The notes: generated by a model from the sequence alone, not told the origin. DNA of 64,000 nucleotides from an uncultured cyanobacterium (GCA_963718615.1 OY970368.1:608001-672000), one strand, 5' to 3'; positions 11,370 through 22,335 are shown, counted from the stretch's first letter. A program made the numbers and translations.

Positions 11370-11606
11370 ATGTCTGTCACCCTCCGTTTTTTGCCCAACA
11401 ATCTCACGGTTCAAGCAGAACCTGGCGAAGAGTTGCTGGCGGTTGCGCAGCGAGCTGGGATTGCGATTCCTACAGGCTGCATGATGGGGTCTTGCCATGC
11501 CTGTGAGGTGGATTTGAATGGTGAACCGGTTTGTAGCTGTATTACAGCGGTGCCATCGGCGACAGAAGAAATTACGATTGATCTCTATAGCGATCCAACC
11601 TGGTAA
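11370..11606 (+). CDS. 2Fe-2S ferredoxin-like protein
   Basis: GCMMGSCHAC...C motif; cyanobacterial DPTW ending. Confidence 0.9.
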   Translation: MSVTLRFLPNNLTVQAEPGEELLAVAQRAGIAIPTGCMMGSCHACEVDLNGEPVCSCITAVPSATEEITIDLYSDPTW

Positions 11607-11663
11607 TCCGGGTCCATGCGCCTGACAATCCCTGGCAACCTCTCGTAACCGTTTGCAATATTT

Positions 11664-12947
11664 ATGAACCCTACCCTGACCCAAATTGGCGAACAGATGT
11701 CGGCCCTGACAGGGGTGCGCGCCATTATGAAGGACATCATTGAGACGCTCCGCAGCGCTCAGGCTCAGGGGGGGCAAGGCCAGGATTTTATTAATTTGAG
11801 TGCCGGGAATCCGGTGATTTTGCCAGCGGTCGAGCAGCTCTGGCGAGACTGTACGGCGGAGCTGTTGGCCAGTGAAGAGTATGGGGAGGTGGTTTGTCGG
11901 TATGGGTCGAGTCAGGGGTATCAGCCGTTGATTGAGGCGATCGCCCAGGATTTCAACCAGCGTTATGGCTTAGGGTTGAGCGATCGCAATCTCCTGATCA
12001 CCCCCGGCAGCCAGTCGCTCTATTTTCTAGCGGCCAATGCCTACGGCGGTCACACCCCCGAGGGACAGCTCAAAAATATTGTGCTTCCCCTCAGCCCAGA
12101 CTACACCGGCTATGGCGGCATTAGCCTCGTGCCAGAAGCGCTGATCGCCTATCGGCCCCACATCGATATCCTCGCGCCCCATCGGTTTAAGTACCGCCCG
12201 GACTTTAGCCAGGTGCAGATTAATGAGCAAACCGGGATGGTCCTGTTTTCGCGCCCCTGTAATCCGACGGGGAATGTCTTGAGCCAGGATGAAGTGGAAA
12301 AGCTGGCCCAGCTCGCGGCCCCCTATGACGTGCCGGTGTTTGTGGATTCGGCCTATGCGCCGCCCTATCCGGGGTTGAACTTTACGGACATGGAGCCGGT
12401 GTTTGGTCCGAATATTGTCCATTGCATCAGTTTGTCTAAGGCCGGATTACCTGGTGAGCGGCTGGGGGTGGTAATTGGGCCGGAGCGGATTATTCAGAAT
12501 CTGGAGGCGTTTCAGACGAATTTTTGTATTCATTCGTCGCGGTATGGGCAGGCGATCGCCGCCCGAGCCATTCGTTCAGGAGCCCTCGGCCACTTGGCGG
12601 AAACGGTGATTCGTCCCCATTATGGTCAAAAGTTTGAGGTGATTGAATCGAGCCTGGATGCGTTCATGCCCGAGGCGCTGCCTTGGTATTTGCACAAGGG
12701 TGAGGGGGCGATTTTTGCTTGGCTCTGGCTAGATGAGCTGCCCATGACGGATTGGGAGTTTTATCAGCAGCTCAAGCGGGTCGGGTTGATTGTGGTCCCA
12801 GGGTCTTCGTTCTTCCCTGGCTTGCGGGAGGATTGGGCTCACACACGGCAATGTTTGCGCATTAGCCTCACGGCTCCGGCGGAGGAACTGCGCGAAGGCA
12901 TGCGGCGCTTGGCTCAGGTGGTAGCGGAGGTCTATGCTCACGCTTAG
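11664..12947 (+). CDS. avtA: Valine--pyruvate aminotransferase
   Basis: INLSAGNP, SRPCNPTGNV, DSAY, SLSKAGLPGERLG, GEGAIFAWLW. Confidence 0.9.
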   Translation: MNPTLTQIGEQMSALTGVRAIMKDIIETLRSAQAQGGQGQDFINLSAGNPVILPAVEQLWRDCTAELLASEEYGEVVCRYGSSQGYQPLIEAIAQDFNQRYGLGLSDRNLLITPGSQSLYFLAANAYGGHTPEGQLKNIVLPLSPDYTGYGGISLVPEALIAYRPHIDILAPHRFKYRPDFSQVQINEQTGMVLFSRPCNPTGNVLSQDEVEKLAQLAAPYDVPVFVDSAYAPPYPGLNFTDMEPVFGPNIVHCISLSKAGLPGERLGVVIGPERIIQNLEAFQTNFCIHSSRYGQAIAARAIRSGALGHLAETVIRPHYGQKFEVIESSLDAFMPEALPWYLHKGEGAIFAWLWLDELPMTDWEFYQQLKRVGLIVVPGSSFFPGLREDWAHTRQCLRISLTAPAEELREGMRRLAQVVAEVYAHA

Positions 12948-14419
12948 GCAGATAGCTCGGCTTTGGATTCTGGACCCAATCCCCAGACAAACTCCGCTAG
13001 CCATTCCTTAACCACGTAGGTGGCGCGGCAATCGTCTTCGTTGTAGACCAAAATGCGATCGAGCTGGGCGCGATCGCCCGTTTTCAACCATTCCACATAC
13101 CAAAAAATCGCCTGCGCCCCATTGGCTTCCCCATCGCGCCAGTCAAACCCCACCCAGCGAGCAATGTGCTTGAGGGCATAGCTTTCCACGGGCATCGTCA
13201 CCGTGTGGGTCACCCAATAGTGAATATCGACAAACCGAGAAACCAACCCCTCAATCACCAGAGGTTCCGTGCCATAGAGCCGACCCAGACGCCGCATGGT
13301 GTCCGCTTCGTAGCTGCAAAAGTGGTAAACCGGTGCATTGCCGTGGACCTGGCAAACGAACGCCAGAAATTCTTCCCAACACTGCTGCTCGTCCTCGGGT
13401 TTTTCGGCCACGAACGAGTGAAACGTTTCGGTGTCCCGCCGATGGTCGACGACCAAAACCCCGTGGAGAAAGGCAATGCCCAAGTCTGGTTCCGCTTCGA
13501 TGTCAAAATAGAGCTCTACGGGCGATCGCAATACCGGGGGCATCGGCACCACCGGCGGTCGCACAGGGCGATTACTCCAAGTGGACTGGGCCTGTTCGAT
13601 CATCTTATGGGCCACCGCCGGACCAAAACCGGGCAAATTTTCCAGCACCTTGGGTTTGGTTTGCCGCAGGATCTCCAGCGTCGTAATTCCGACATGCTGC
13701 AAATAGCCATAGCGTTTGGGCGTCACCCCCGGCAATAGCGACAGATGTTGCTGCTCCACGGCAATGTCGTGGCAAAAATGCTGCCAGGCACAGAGCCCAC
13801 AACGATTGCGCGCAATAAACACTTCGGGCTCAATGGGACCACTCAGCATTTGTGTACAGCCCTCTAAGAGCTCCAGCATGGCGTCCAGTCGCTCCTGCCA
13901 GAGGACGTAGAACGGATCGCGATCGCGCAACAACAGCCAGCTCGCCTCCGGTGCCTGACCCTGAACCTCCGCCAATAGCCAAGCATGGAGCGTCGCCACC
14001 AATTGATACTCCAGCTTGGGGCGACGGCCCAGTTTAATTTGCGCCGGTTCATATTCCCAATTGCCCCAGCGGGAGCGTCCTGGTCGTTTCAAGAGCAAAT
14101 CCGGCTGAGAGGAATAGATCACATGGGCATAGGCTTCATCCCCCGGTACCCACAGGATGCCTTTATAGATACAGTCAATCCCCTCGGCCATCAGGGCTTC
14201 GGTTGCCACAGCCCCCGCTGCGCGATCGCCTTCCGGATAGTCCGGCTGGATGGAGTCATAGGTGGCCAAAACCGTTTGGCGATTCGCAATGCCATCCGCG
14301 ATGATCTTGTTGAGGTAGTCCCCCGGTGGATCGCGCTGTTCGCGATCGCCATATCTTTCTAAGTAGGCCCGCCGATGACAGCGCAGATAATGGAGGAACA
14401 GATCATCACTCAGCAGCAT
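12944..14419 (-). CDS. TM0106-family RecB-like putative nuclease
   Basis: PDLL nuclease-like segment, CxxC-W...C, RNase H-like YFDIE...YALKHIA...YNEDDC. Confidence 0.88.
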   Translation of the reverse strand: MLLSDDLFLHYLRCHRRAYLERYGDREQRDPPGDYLNKIIADGIANRQTVLATYDSIQPDYPEGDRAAGAVATEALMAEGIDCIYKGILWVPGDEAYAHVIYSSQPDLLLKRPGRSRWGNWEYEPAQIKLGRRPKLEYQLVATLHAWLLAEVQGQAPEASWLLLRDRDPFYVLWQERLDAMLELLEGCTQMLSGPIEPEVFIARNRCGLCAWQHFCHDIAVEQQHLSLLPGVTPKRYGYLQHVGITTLEILRQTKPKVLENLPGFGPAVAHKMIEQAQSTWSNRPVRPPVVPMPPVLRSPVELYFDIEAEPDLGIAFLHGVLVVDHRRDTETFHSFVAEKPEDEQQCWEEFLAFVCQVHGNAPVYHFCSYEADTMRRLGRLYGTEPLVIEGLVSRFVDIHYWVTHTVTMPVESYALKHIARWVGFDWRDGEANGAQAIFWYVEWLKTGDRAQLDRILVYNEDDCRATYVVKEWLAEFVWGLGPESKAELSA

Positions 14420-14786
14420 GGTAATCCTACGACCTCCGCCATCTGGAACTGTCAGCGGTCATGGTTCGCTTCCTCGTGACTCGATAAACAAGCTGTCGGT
14501 GAACGGAATTTTGGTGTAAATGCGCCATGGGAGCGCTGTCCAAACTCAGTAATCAACCCGCGTCAAACTAGCATCAAACCGATTGAGGCACCCCTGTGCG
14601 GGAAGTTGCCAGCATTTTCGCACACAAAACTTAAGGCCAGTTGTCTCTAGCTTAACGATCACTTAAGTTTTTTGCGGCGATTCGGAGATTTCTTTACCTT
14701 TTGCGGAGATGGGTGCAGGACTGGTCGCGGGTTGCGATCGCCTGTCAAAATGAAGAGTTGACCTGGAGCAAGCCCCCTATCTCACC

Positions 14787-15497
14787 GTGCGATTCGATAT
14801 CATTACGCTTTTTCCAGAATTTTTTACGACCCCCCTGCAATGCAGTCTGTTGGGTCGTGCCTTGGCAAACGGCATCGCCGAAGTGCAGCTCACCAATCCT
14901 CGGGATTTCACTACGGATAAACACCACAAGGTGGACGATGAACCCTATGGCGGCGGTGTGGGCATGCTGCTCAAGCCGGAGCCAATTTTCGCCGCAGTGG
15001 AAAGTTTACCCGTTTTGCCTCAGCGGTCAGTGCTGCTGATGACGCCCCAGGGTGAACCCATGCATCAGCGCATGTTTGAAGACTTTGCCACCAACTACGA
15101 CCAGCTCGTAGTGATCTGTGGCCACTATGAAGGCGTGGATGAGCGAGTCCTCAGTCTCGTAACACGGGAGGTTTCCCTGGGAGATTTTGTCCTTACCTGT
15201 GGCGAAATTCCGGCGCTGGCCCTAGTCAATGGCGTCGTGCGGCTACGACCTGGGACCGTGGGCAAAGCGGAGTCCCTCAAGTTGGAAAGCTTTGAAACCT
15301 CGCTCCTGGACTATCCGCAATACACCCGTCCAGCGGATTTTCGCGGCATGGCAGTGCCGGAGGTCTTGCGCTCTGGCAATCACCAGGCGATCGCCCAATG
15401 GCGACTCACCCAACAAATCGAAAAGACCCGACGGATGCGGCCCGATCTCTATGCCCAATACGAAAATCAGCACAACCATCAATCCAACTGGCCCTAG
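14787..15497 (+). CDS. trmD: tRNA (guanine37-N1)-methyltransferase
   Basis: VDDEPYGGGVGM, CGHYEGVDERV, LLDYPQYTRP. Confidence 0.97.
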   Translation: MRFDIITLFPEFFTTPLQCSLLGRALANGIAEVQLTNPRDFTTDKHHKVDDEPYGGGVGMLLKPEPIFAAVESLPVLPQRSVLLMTPQGEPMHQRMFEDFATNYDQLVVICGHYEGVDERVLSLVTREVSLGDFVLTCGEIPALALVNGVVRLRPGTVGKAESLKLESFETSLLDYPQYTRPADFRGMAVPEVLRSGNHQAIAQWRLTQQIEKTRRMRPDLYAQYENQHNHQSNWP

Positions 15498-15549
15498 GGG
15501 TTGCCCAGTCCTCGCCCAGGGCCCATGCTCCAAAGCCCATCTTCCAGCG

Positions 15550-16428
15550 TCAATCCAGCGTTGAACGTTCCGGCGGCGCAATATCCTTGCCCACGACCGG
15601 TTTCTGAGTGGCGAGTTGAGGGGCGAGCTGAGGAGCGATCGCCCGAGACACCGCCTCCGGCTCCCGATCCGGCACAACTCGCACACTGGCAGAACTCTGG
15701 CCTCCCCAGGCTAACCCCCCCACTGCACTCACCAGCAATGTCGCATATCCCAAATACAAATGGGTCGGTGTAATCTGACTGGACCGAGCATCCTGTCGTT
15801 GCCAAGGGGCGACCGTATTCGGCAACGGCTGGGATTGGGGCAGTTGAGCAATCAGCCCCTGGGCTTCTTCTCCCAACACGGCTCCGATGCGGCGGAGGAA
15901 CCCTCGCACAAAAATCAGCTCCGGCAGTTTGTCCCCTTGACCGGCTTCGATCGCTTGCAAATGGTACTGGGGCACCTGGGTCCGATTATGTAAAATCGCC
16001 AAGGATAGCCCTTGGGTCTGGCGAATTCGTTGCAGCTCAGGTCCAATGGAGGCCAACATCTCTTGCCAAGTAGGGGGAGACGCATCTTCCGGAGGTTCTG
16101 ACTGGGCTTCTGAAGGAGCCCCCGCAGGGGTCGCAGCAACGTGAGCCATCATCTCCGTCTGGGTGACCGTGACAACTTGATCGCACAGGGTTTGCAGCAG
16201 GGTTTGCAGCAATGCCTGCCCCTGGGAGGACTGATCACCACACAGGGTTGCTAACTGCTGTAGCGTCTGCTGATAGCTCGTTTGCTGGGCTAGTTGGGTG
16301 GCGATCGCCTGATGAATTTCTGGCAATCCCTCTGGCAATCTCTCTGGCAATCCGTCGGGCGTCAATCCCGCTTTAGACAACATCGATAGCGTTTTCCTTT
16401 GGCCCACCGTCATCAAATTGGCAGTCAT
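15550..16428 (-). CDS. RodZ-like helix-turn-helix membrane protein
   Basis: IGPELQRIRQTQGLSL...LQAIEAGQGDKLPELIFVRGFLRR, followed by one TM segment. Confidence 0.75.
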   Translation of the reverse strand: MTANLMTVGQRKTLSMLSKAGLTPDGLPERLPEGLPEIHQAIATQLAQQTSYQQTLQQLATLCGDQSSQGQALLQTLLQTLCDQVVTVTQTEMMAHVAATPAGAPSEAQSEPPEDASPPTWQEMLASIGPELQRIRQTQGLSLAILHNRTQVPQYHLQAIEAGQGDKLPELIFVRGFLRRIGAVLGEEAQGLIAQLPQSQPLPNTVAPWQRQDARSSQITPTHLYLGYATLLVSAVGGLAWGGQSSASVRVVPDREPEAVSRAIAPQLAPQLATQKPVVGKDIAPPERSTLD

Positions 16429-16543
16429 TCCTCACGTTCCCCACAGTAGATTCCGATTAGGGAATTCTTCCAATGGGATGGGCTGGAATCCGGATGGGCT
16501 ACGATGCCAGAACAGACAAATCCTGGTGCCTTCCCCGGCTTAT

Positions 16544-18577
16544 CTAAGCCGCATCGTCGATAACTTCCTGGAAGCGAATAACCTCTTCACGGGGATCGAC
16601 ATGGGTGACGCGCAGGGTGATGCGATCGCCCAACGCCACGTTGCGATCAAACCGAGTCGGCAGTTCCAAACCTAAATCTTCCAGCAAAACCAGCGCCAAA
16701 TTTTCATGCTCCCGCAACCAGCGCAGCATCAGTGCAGGCCAGGGGCAGTCGCCCTTACGACGGAGATATTCCAAGGCCCAGTAATGCTTGGTTTGCCGCT
16801 CCACCAGGACCGCTTCATAGGTAATCAGCCCCAAACTCACCAGCAGTTGTTGCAGAGCATCGCGCTCAAAGGGCAGGGGGTCGCCCCGCAAATGGGCCTT
16901 AATTTGAAAGTGGGCAATCAGATCGCTATAGCGACGAATGGGCGAAGTCACCTGGGTATAAAACTCTAGCCCCAAACTGGCATGGCGACCCGGTGTCAAA
17001 TTCACCTCACTCCGGGGCATACAGCGACGCACCGCACAGTCTCGCACCGGCCCCGCCGGTAATGCCAAGAGCTCAGCCTCCGAGGGCAATTCGGGCTGGG
17101 ACTGCTGCCGAAACGGCACGGGCAACCCATGGCTATGGCCATAGCGTCCGGCGATCTCCCCGGCCAAAATCATCATCTCAGCCACCAACTGCCGGGAGGG
17201 CGATTCTTCGAGCACATCGATCACAATCTCCCCGTCTTCTCCCACCTTGATCGAAGCTTCCGGCATACGAATCGTGACCGACCCCTGGGCTTCCCGCCAC
17301 TGCAGCCGACGCTTGGCCCAGGCGTGCAGATAGGCCAGCTCAGCCTCTTCAGTCACCCCCAGCTCTAGCATTTCGTCCACATCGCTGTAGGTGAGCCGAT
17401 AGGTAGGCCGAATCGAAGCGGGATAAATGTTAAATTCCTCTACCTCGCCCGTTTCCTTCAAGATCACGCTAAAGCTCAAGGCGCAACAGACCTGGCCTTG
17501 CACCAAACTCATTGGCCCCGTGGCCAGCTCCTTGGGAAACATGGGAATCGTCTGCTCGGGCAAATACACCGTCGTGCCCCGACGTCGAGCATCCAGATCT
17601 AACTCATCCCCCGGCTGCAGCCAACGGGTGGGATCAGCAATATGAATCCAAAGGCGCTGACGACCCTCCTCTAACAGCTCAACGCTCAACCCATCATCAA
17701 TCTCTCGCGTACTCTCATCATCAATGGTGTAGACCTTGAGGTGGGTCAGGTCTAGGCGATGGGCAGCATCGGGATCCGGCGGCGGAGAGCTGAGACGGCT
17801 GTAGGTCACATCAAGCACCTTAGAAGAAAAGAGCGTAGGAATTTGCTTACGACGGAGCTGAAGATTTTCGTGGGGCTGCCAATGCCCTAAGTTCACGAGG
17901 AGCTCGAAGGTGGCACGGCTATCGGTGGGTTGGTCTAGGGCCTTAAGCAGCTCAAGAGCCGCAGATTTTTGCTTGGTCTCCTCTGGAAATAATACAAACT
18001 GCTCAAGGGCTTCGAGATATGGGCGATCGCCCTCTTCCCAAGCCACGGCTTCTCCCCTGAGCTTTTGCTGCATTCGCTCAATCAGACTGTGCCAGCGAGT
18101 CTGCTTTTCCTGTTCAACAGCAATCTGATGTTTTAATTCTGCCACCTGAGCCGACGAGCGGGGCTCAAATTGATCTTTGCGTTGCTTGAAGTACAGCTTA
18201 TCTTCCGCAAGTAGTAAATAGGCGGCATAGCAGCAAACTGGACTTTGGTCAGAGAATAATAGCTCAGCCATCTCCGCCGGTCCGACAGGCTGTTTCTCCT
18301 CGACCAAAAATTCCCAGGCCACTTCCAGCGTCGAGGGGTCTAGATAGCTACCTAGCTCCGCTTGGAGAGATTTGAGATCCGCTAGGCTGTAGTCATTGCC
18401 AGGGAGAACATAAGTAATATCACGGGGATGAAGTGTATGGTTTTGACCGCGATCGTCCACCGCAATCCAGTGCTTCTTGCCTTCGGGGCGATCGAGGAGC
18501 CCTAGGCGGTGGTGACTGCGCGCCCCCCCGGAAGTATCGCTTCCCTGCCGAAATTCGACTAGCGTTCCCTTTTCCAC
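16544..18577 (-). CDS. RNase II/RNB-family exoribonuclease
   Basis: TIDDESTREIDDGLS, HIADP, TSPIRRYSDL. Confidence 0.93.
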   Translation of the reverse strand: MEKGTLVEFRQGSDTSGGARSHHRLGLLDRPEGKKHWIAVDDRGQNHTLHPRDITYVLPGNDYSLADLKSLQAELGSYLDPSTLEVAWEFLVEEKQPVGPAEMAELLFSDQSPVCCYAAYLLLAEDKLYFKQRKDQFEPRSSAQVAELKHQIAVEQEKQTRWHSLIERMQQKLRGEAVAWEEGDRPYLEALEQFVLFPEETKQKSAALELLKALDQPTDSRATFELLVNLGHWQPHENLQLRRKQIPTLFSSKVLDVTYSRLSSPPPDPDAAHRLDLTHLKVYTIDDESTREIDDGLSVELLEEGRQRLWIHIADPTRWLQPGDELDLDARRRGTTVYLPEQTIPMFPKELATGPMSLVQGQVCCALSFSVILKETGEVEEFNIYPASIRPTYRLTYSDVDEMLELGVTEEAELAYLHAWAKRRLQWREAQGSVTIRMPEASIKVGEDGEIVIDVLEESPSRQLVAEMMILAGEIAGRYGHSHGLPVPFRQQSQPELPSEAELLALPAGPVRDCAVRRCMPRSEVNLTPGRHASLGLEFYTQVTSPIRRYSDLIAHFQIKAHLRGDPLPFERDALQQLLVSLGLITYEAVLVERQTKHYWALEYLRRKGDCPWPALMLRWLREHENLALVLLEDLGLELPTRFDRNVALGDRITLRVTHVDPREEVIRFQEVIDDAA

Positions 18578-18688
18578 AGATTCTTCGCTGCTGTAACGAC
18601 AATGAGATGAACGGAAATGAGATGAACGGATCGGGGACCGACCAGCTTTCCCCTAGACCTATTTTGCCCTATTCAATTTTGACCCATC

Positions 18689-18743
18689 AAAACGGGGGTA
18701 GACTCGGCCCATCCGCACTGGATGACACCAAAATCTACCCCCG
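18689..18743 (-). terminator. Long hairpin plus U tract ending the rpmG-rpsR transcript
   Basis: Minus strand CGGGGGTAGA...CATCC-AGTGC-GGATG...TCTACCCCCG followed by TTTT. Confidence 0.65.
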
Positions 18744-18776
18744 CATCAGGTGGTCCGGTGGACCTGGAGTAGAGGC

Positions 18777-18992
18777 TCAGCCCTCGCGGTTGATGAAGGG
18801 GAGGAGGGCGAGAATGCGGGCGCGCTTAATGGCAACGGTCAAATCCCGCTGTTGCTTTGCCGTCAGGCCGGTGATCCGGCGAGGTAAAATTTTTCCCCGT
18901 TCGGTGATGAATTTGCGCAACAGATCGACATCTTTATAGTCGATGGGATCGCTGGGTTTAATGGGAGAGAGGCGACGACGATAAAAAGCCAT
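18777..18992 (-). CDS. rpsR: 30S ribosomal protein S18
   Basis: [26 protein letters not shown]. Confidence 0.98.
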   Translation of the reverse strand: MAFYRRRLSPIKPSDPIDYKDVDLLRKFITERGKILPRRITGLTAKQQRDLTVAIKRARILALLPFINREG

Positions 18993-19117
18993 AACGTTTT
19001 CTATTCAATAGTTGGACTCAGACCGATTAGTCGAGGCAACACCTGGATTGTGTTGCTAGTCGGGTGGCGTTAAGCCTCAATCAAGCCGATCGCGCAAACG
19101 CGATCGCTAGGGGAACA

Positions 19118-19312
19118 CTATTTGGTTTCCTTGTGGATCGTGTGCTTGTTGCAATGGGTGCAGAATTTCTTCAGCTCCATGCGCCCCGTGGTATTCCGAC
19201 GGTTTTTCATGGTGGTGTACCGGGACACCCCTGCGGACCGCTTGTCGGTGTTGGTGCGACACTCGGTGCATTCCAGCGTAATGATGATTCGGACGCCCTT
19301 CCCTTTGGCCAT
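19118..19312 (-). CDS. rpmG: 50S ribosomal protein L33
   Basis: [11 protein letters not shown]...[11 protein letters not shown]...LKKFC. Confidence 0.98.
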   Translation of the reverse strand: MAKGKGVRIIITLECTECRTNTDKRSAGVSRYTTMKNRRNTTGRMELKKFCTHCNKHTIHKETK

Positions 19313-19388
19313 AACCTTCTCAAACCGATTTTCGGTTGGACTACGCGAACAATTGACACAATCGTTAATTATTTCATAGGCTCAGCGG

Positions 19389-20681
19389 ATGGGCAAGGAA
19401 ATGGAGCAGGCAATGGGGTCTATCTTGTCGGTTGCGGCAGCGGATGAAATTTTGGCGACCTTGGGGGGGCCGTTAGACGCCCAGGTGGAGAGTGAATGGG
19501 TGGATCTGTTGGATTTGGTGGGGCAGGGCGATCGCATCCTCTCCCAACCGATCACGAGCCCCTTGGATTTTCCCCACTGGGATAATTCCGCCATGGATGG
19601 CTATGGGGTGCGCTATGACGATGTGGTGGGCTGTAGCGTTGAGCATCCAGCGGTTCTAAAGATTGTCGAAGAAATTGCGGCGGGGCAAGTCCCGAAACAG
19701 GCGATCGCCCCCGGTCAAGCCGCCCGCATTTTCACCGGAGCCATGCTGCCAGAAGGGGCTGACACGATCGTCATTCAGGAAAATACCCGACGAGAGGGTG
19801 AACGAGTGGTGATTTTGGAGCCTCCCGGTGCGATCAGAGAGTTTGTCCGGGAGCAAGGGGCGTTTCATCGAGCTGGGGATTTATTGTTGCCTGCGGGGGT
19901 CTGTATCGGGCCTGCGGATCTTGCGGTCCTGGCGGCGGCCCAATGTGCCCAAGTTCAGGTCTATCGACGGCTTCAGGTGGGCATTCTCTCAACCGGGGAT
20001 GAGCTGGTGGCTCCGGATCAACCCTTGGGGCCGGGGCAAATTGTCGATTCCAATCGCTATGCCCTAGGGGCCTTGGTCCATCAAAGCGGCGCTCTGCCTC
20101 GGATGCTGGAGACCTTACCCGATCGCCCGGAATTGCTCAAAACCGCGATCCAAGGGGCCTTGGCCCAGGTGGATCTGGACGTCGTTTTATCCTCCGGCGG
20201 GGTTTCCGTTGGGGACCATGACCATGTGGATCAAGTGTTGGAAGCTTTGGGCGCAACGTTGCAAATTCGGGCGATCGCGGTCAAACCGGGCAAACCCCTC
20301 ACCGTGGCGACGATTCCTCGGGATTCGGGGCGATCGCTTCTCTATTTCGGTCTACCGGGCAATCCGGTTTCAGCGCTGGTGAGTTTTTGGCGGTTTGTGC
20401 AGCCGACGCTCCTGCGCCTATCGGGGCGGAGGGACTGGCAGCCGCGATTTGTCACCGCCATTGCAGACCAAACCCTCAAGGGCGGAGGGCAGCGGGAGAC
20501 CTATCTTTGGGGCAATTTGACTTGGACGGAGGACAGGGGGCGGTTTGCGATCGCCGGAGGCAGTCACAGCTCTGGCAATTTGGTCAACCTCGCCCAAACC
20601 AACGCCCTGGCGAAACTTCCCATCGGTGTGAAAACCATTCCAGCGGGAAGTCCCGTTGAGGTTTTGTTACGCCAAAGATAA
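19389..20681 (+). CDS. moeA: Molybdopterin molybdenumtransferase
   Basis: NSAMDGYG, RIFTGAMLPEGAD, STGDEL, SSGGVSVGD, KPGKP, GLPGNPVS. Confidence 0.95.
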   Translation: MGKEMEQAMGSILSVAAADEILATLGGPLDAQVESEWVDLLDLVGQGDRILSQPITSPLDFPHWDNSAMDGYGVRYDDVVGCSVEHPAVLKIVEEIAAGQVPKQAIAPGQAARIFTGAMLPEGADTIVIQENTRREGERVVILEPPGAIREFVREQGAFHRAGDLLLPAGVCIGPADLAVLAAAQCAQVQVYRRLQVGILSTGDELVAPDQPLGPGQIVDSNRYALGALVHQSGALPRMLETLPDRPELLKTAIQGALAQVDLDVVLSSGGVSVGDHDHVDQVLEALGATLQIRAIAVKPGKPLTVATIPRDSGRSLLYFGLPGNPVSALVSFWRFVQPTLLRLSGRRDWQPRFVTAIADQTLKGGGQRETYLWGNLTWTEDRGRFAIAGGSHSSGNLVNLAQTNALAKLPIGVKTIPAGSPVEVLLRQR

Positions 20682-20700
20682 CCGCCGTCGAATTGCTGGC

Positions 20701-22335
20701 CTACCAAAGCCCCCCCCGGCGACCATTGGGAAACACCGTATTCCAGTTGAGCTTTGCGAGGGCGAGCTGCTCGTCCGTGACCTTAGCGCCCGTCAGATTT
20801 GCGCCACAGAGATTTGCACCCCGCAAATTGGCATTGCTGAGATAGGCATGGGTCAAATCCGCACCCCGTAGATCCGCTTCCTGGAGATTGGCATGACTGA
20901 GATAGGCCTTGATTAACCTCGCCCCTCGCAGCCGAGCCTGATTCAGCCCCGCATGGCCAAAATCCGTATTGGATAAATCGGCACTTTGCAGATTGGCCCC
21001 GGTCAAATTCGCCTCGTGGAAATTACCCCCCGCTAACACCAGTCGCTGGAGATTGAGCGAGCGAAAATCAAACCCGGTAAAGTCGCGATCGCCCCGGTCA
21101 TAGCGCTTTTGCAGCTCGATCGGGTGGAGACGCTGTTTCACACGGGGATTATTCAAGCGATTGCCTGCGGTCATGCCGCCGTTGAGCGATCGCGGTCCGT
21201 TCCCCGCCGTACTGTTGCCAGAAGTCATCCCCAAATTACCGTTCGACCGAACCTGAGTTTGCTCAGGCCGTCCACCCGCCGTTCGCCGCTGCTGCCCTGT
21301 CGCCCGTTTACGAGCCCGAATCGCTTCGGCCATGCGCGAGGACGGCGAAGACACCTCCCCATTCAAATTTCCGGAGGTAGGCGACCCCTGGTTATGGATG
21401 GGTTGAGACATCATGCCCTGCACCAAACTGTCCATGTAGGGCTCCAAGCTCAGGGCCTGCAAAACCTCCCGCGATGACTGATAGCGATGCTTGACCGACA
21501 CCTCTAGCATTTTGCGCAGGACTTCAGCGAAATGGCTGCTGACATTGACATAGTCCTGCCACATGATTTCTCCCGTGGCGGGATTGTAGTTCAGGTCCTT
21601 GGGAGACTTGCCCGTGAGTAGGTAGATACAGGTCACCCCAACTGCGTAAATATCGCTGCTGTAAACCGGTCGCATCGCCATCTGCTCCGGCGGCGCATAC
21701 CCTGGGGTACCAATGGCATAGGACGTCAAGGCCGTTTGCTCCGAGAGGGATGTGGCAGCGGGATTGACTTTATCCTTGACTGCGCCAAAGTCAATCATCA
21801 CCAGCTTGCGGTCCTGCTGGCGACGAATAATATTAGCCGGTTTGATATCTCGATGAATCACCTGCTGGCCATGGATATACTCCAGCATCGGCAGCAATTC
21901 GCTCAGGGTTTGGCGCACCCCCTCCTCTGTAAAAGGTCCGTTTTTTTTAATTTCTTGGTGCAGGGTAAGACCCTTGATAAATTCTTGGACCAGATAAAAT
22001 TCTGTGCGGTCCTCGAAATAATCCATCAATGTCGGGATTTGCGGATGGCTACCGATCTTGCCAAGGGTGGCCGCCTCGCGCTGAAACAAATCCCGCGCCA
22101 TTCTCAAAACATTGGGTGCCGTTGACGTTGGGCGCAACTGCTTAATGACACAGTAGGGCTGACCCGGCAGACTCCGATTGCGAGACAGAAAAGTCGCACC
22201 AAAGCCGCCTTGCCCTAGCGCTCGTACAATTTCATAGCGACCATTTAAGAGGAGTTCTGCACCACAACTCTCACAGATAGTTGCCCCGGTAGGATTCTCC
22301 GGGTGTTGACAATCGGGATTGACGCAGTGGGCCAT
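20701..22335 (-). CDS. Ser/Thr protein kinase with C-terminal pentapeptide repeats (SpkB-like)
   Basis: N-terminal C-x-N-P-x-C zinc ribbon, LGQGGFG, HRDIKPAN, DFG, ANLxGA repeats. Confidence 0.92.
   Translation of the reverse strand: MAHCVNPDCQHPENPTGATICESCGAELLLNGRYEIVRALGQGGFGATFLSRNRSLPGQPYCVIKQLRPTSTAPNVLRMARDLFQREAATLGKIGSHPQIPTLMDYFEDRTEFYLVQEFIKGLTLHQEIKKNGPFTEEGVRQTLSELLPMLEYIHGQQVIHRDIKPANIIRRQQDRKLVMIDFGAVKDKVNPAATSLSEQTALTSYAIGTPGYAPPEQMAMRPVYSSDIYAVGVTCIYLLTGKSPKDLNYNPATGEIMWQDYVNVSSHFAEVLRKMLEVSVKHRYQSSREVLQALSLEPYMDSLVQGMMSQPIHNQGSPTSGNLNGEVSSPSSRMAEAIRARKRATGQQRRTAGGRPEQTQVRSNGNLGMTSGNSTAGNGPRSLNGGMTAGNRLNNPRVKQRLHPIELQKRYDRGDRDFTGFDFRSLNLQRLVLAGGNFHEANLTGANLQSADLSNTDFGHAGLNQARLRGARLIKAYLSHANLQEADLRGADLTHAYLSNANLRGANLCGANLTGAKVTDEQLALAKLNWNTVFPNGRRGGLW

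Noticed and set aside
11121-11777. 218-aa minus-strand ORF
   Set aside because: Antisense to the well-supported ferredoxin and avtA genes; no motifs
12944-14419. TM0106 nuclease as a Cas4 or defence locus
   Set aside because: A stand-alone gene common in cyanobacteria, in housekeeping context, with no array
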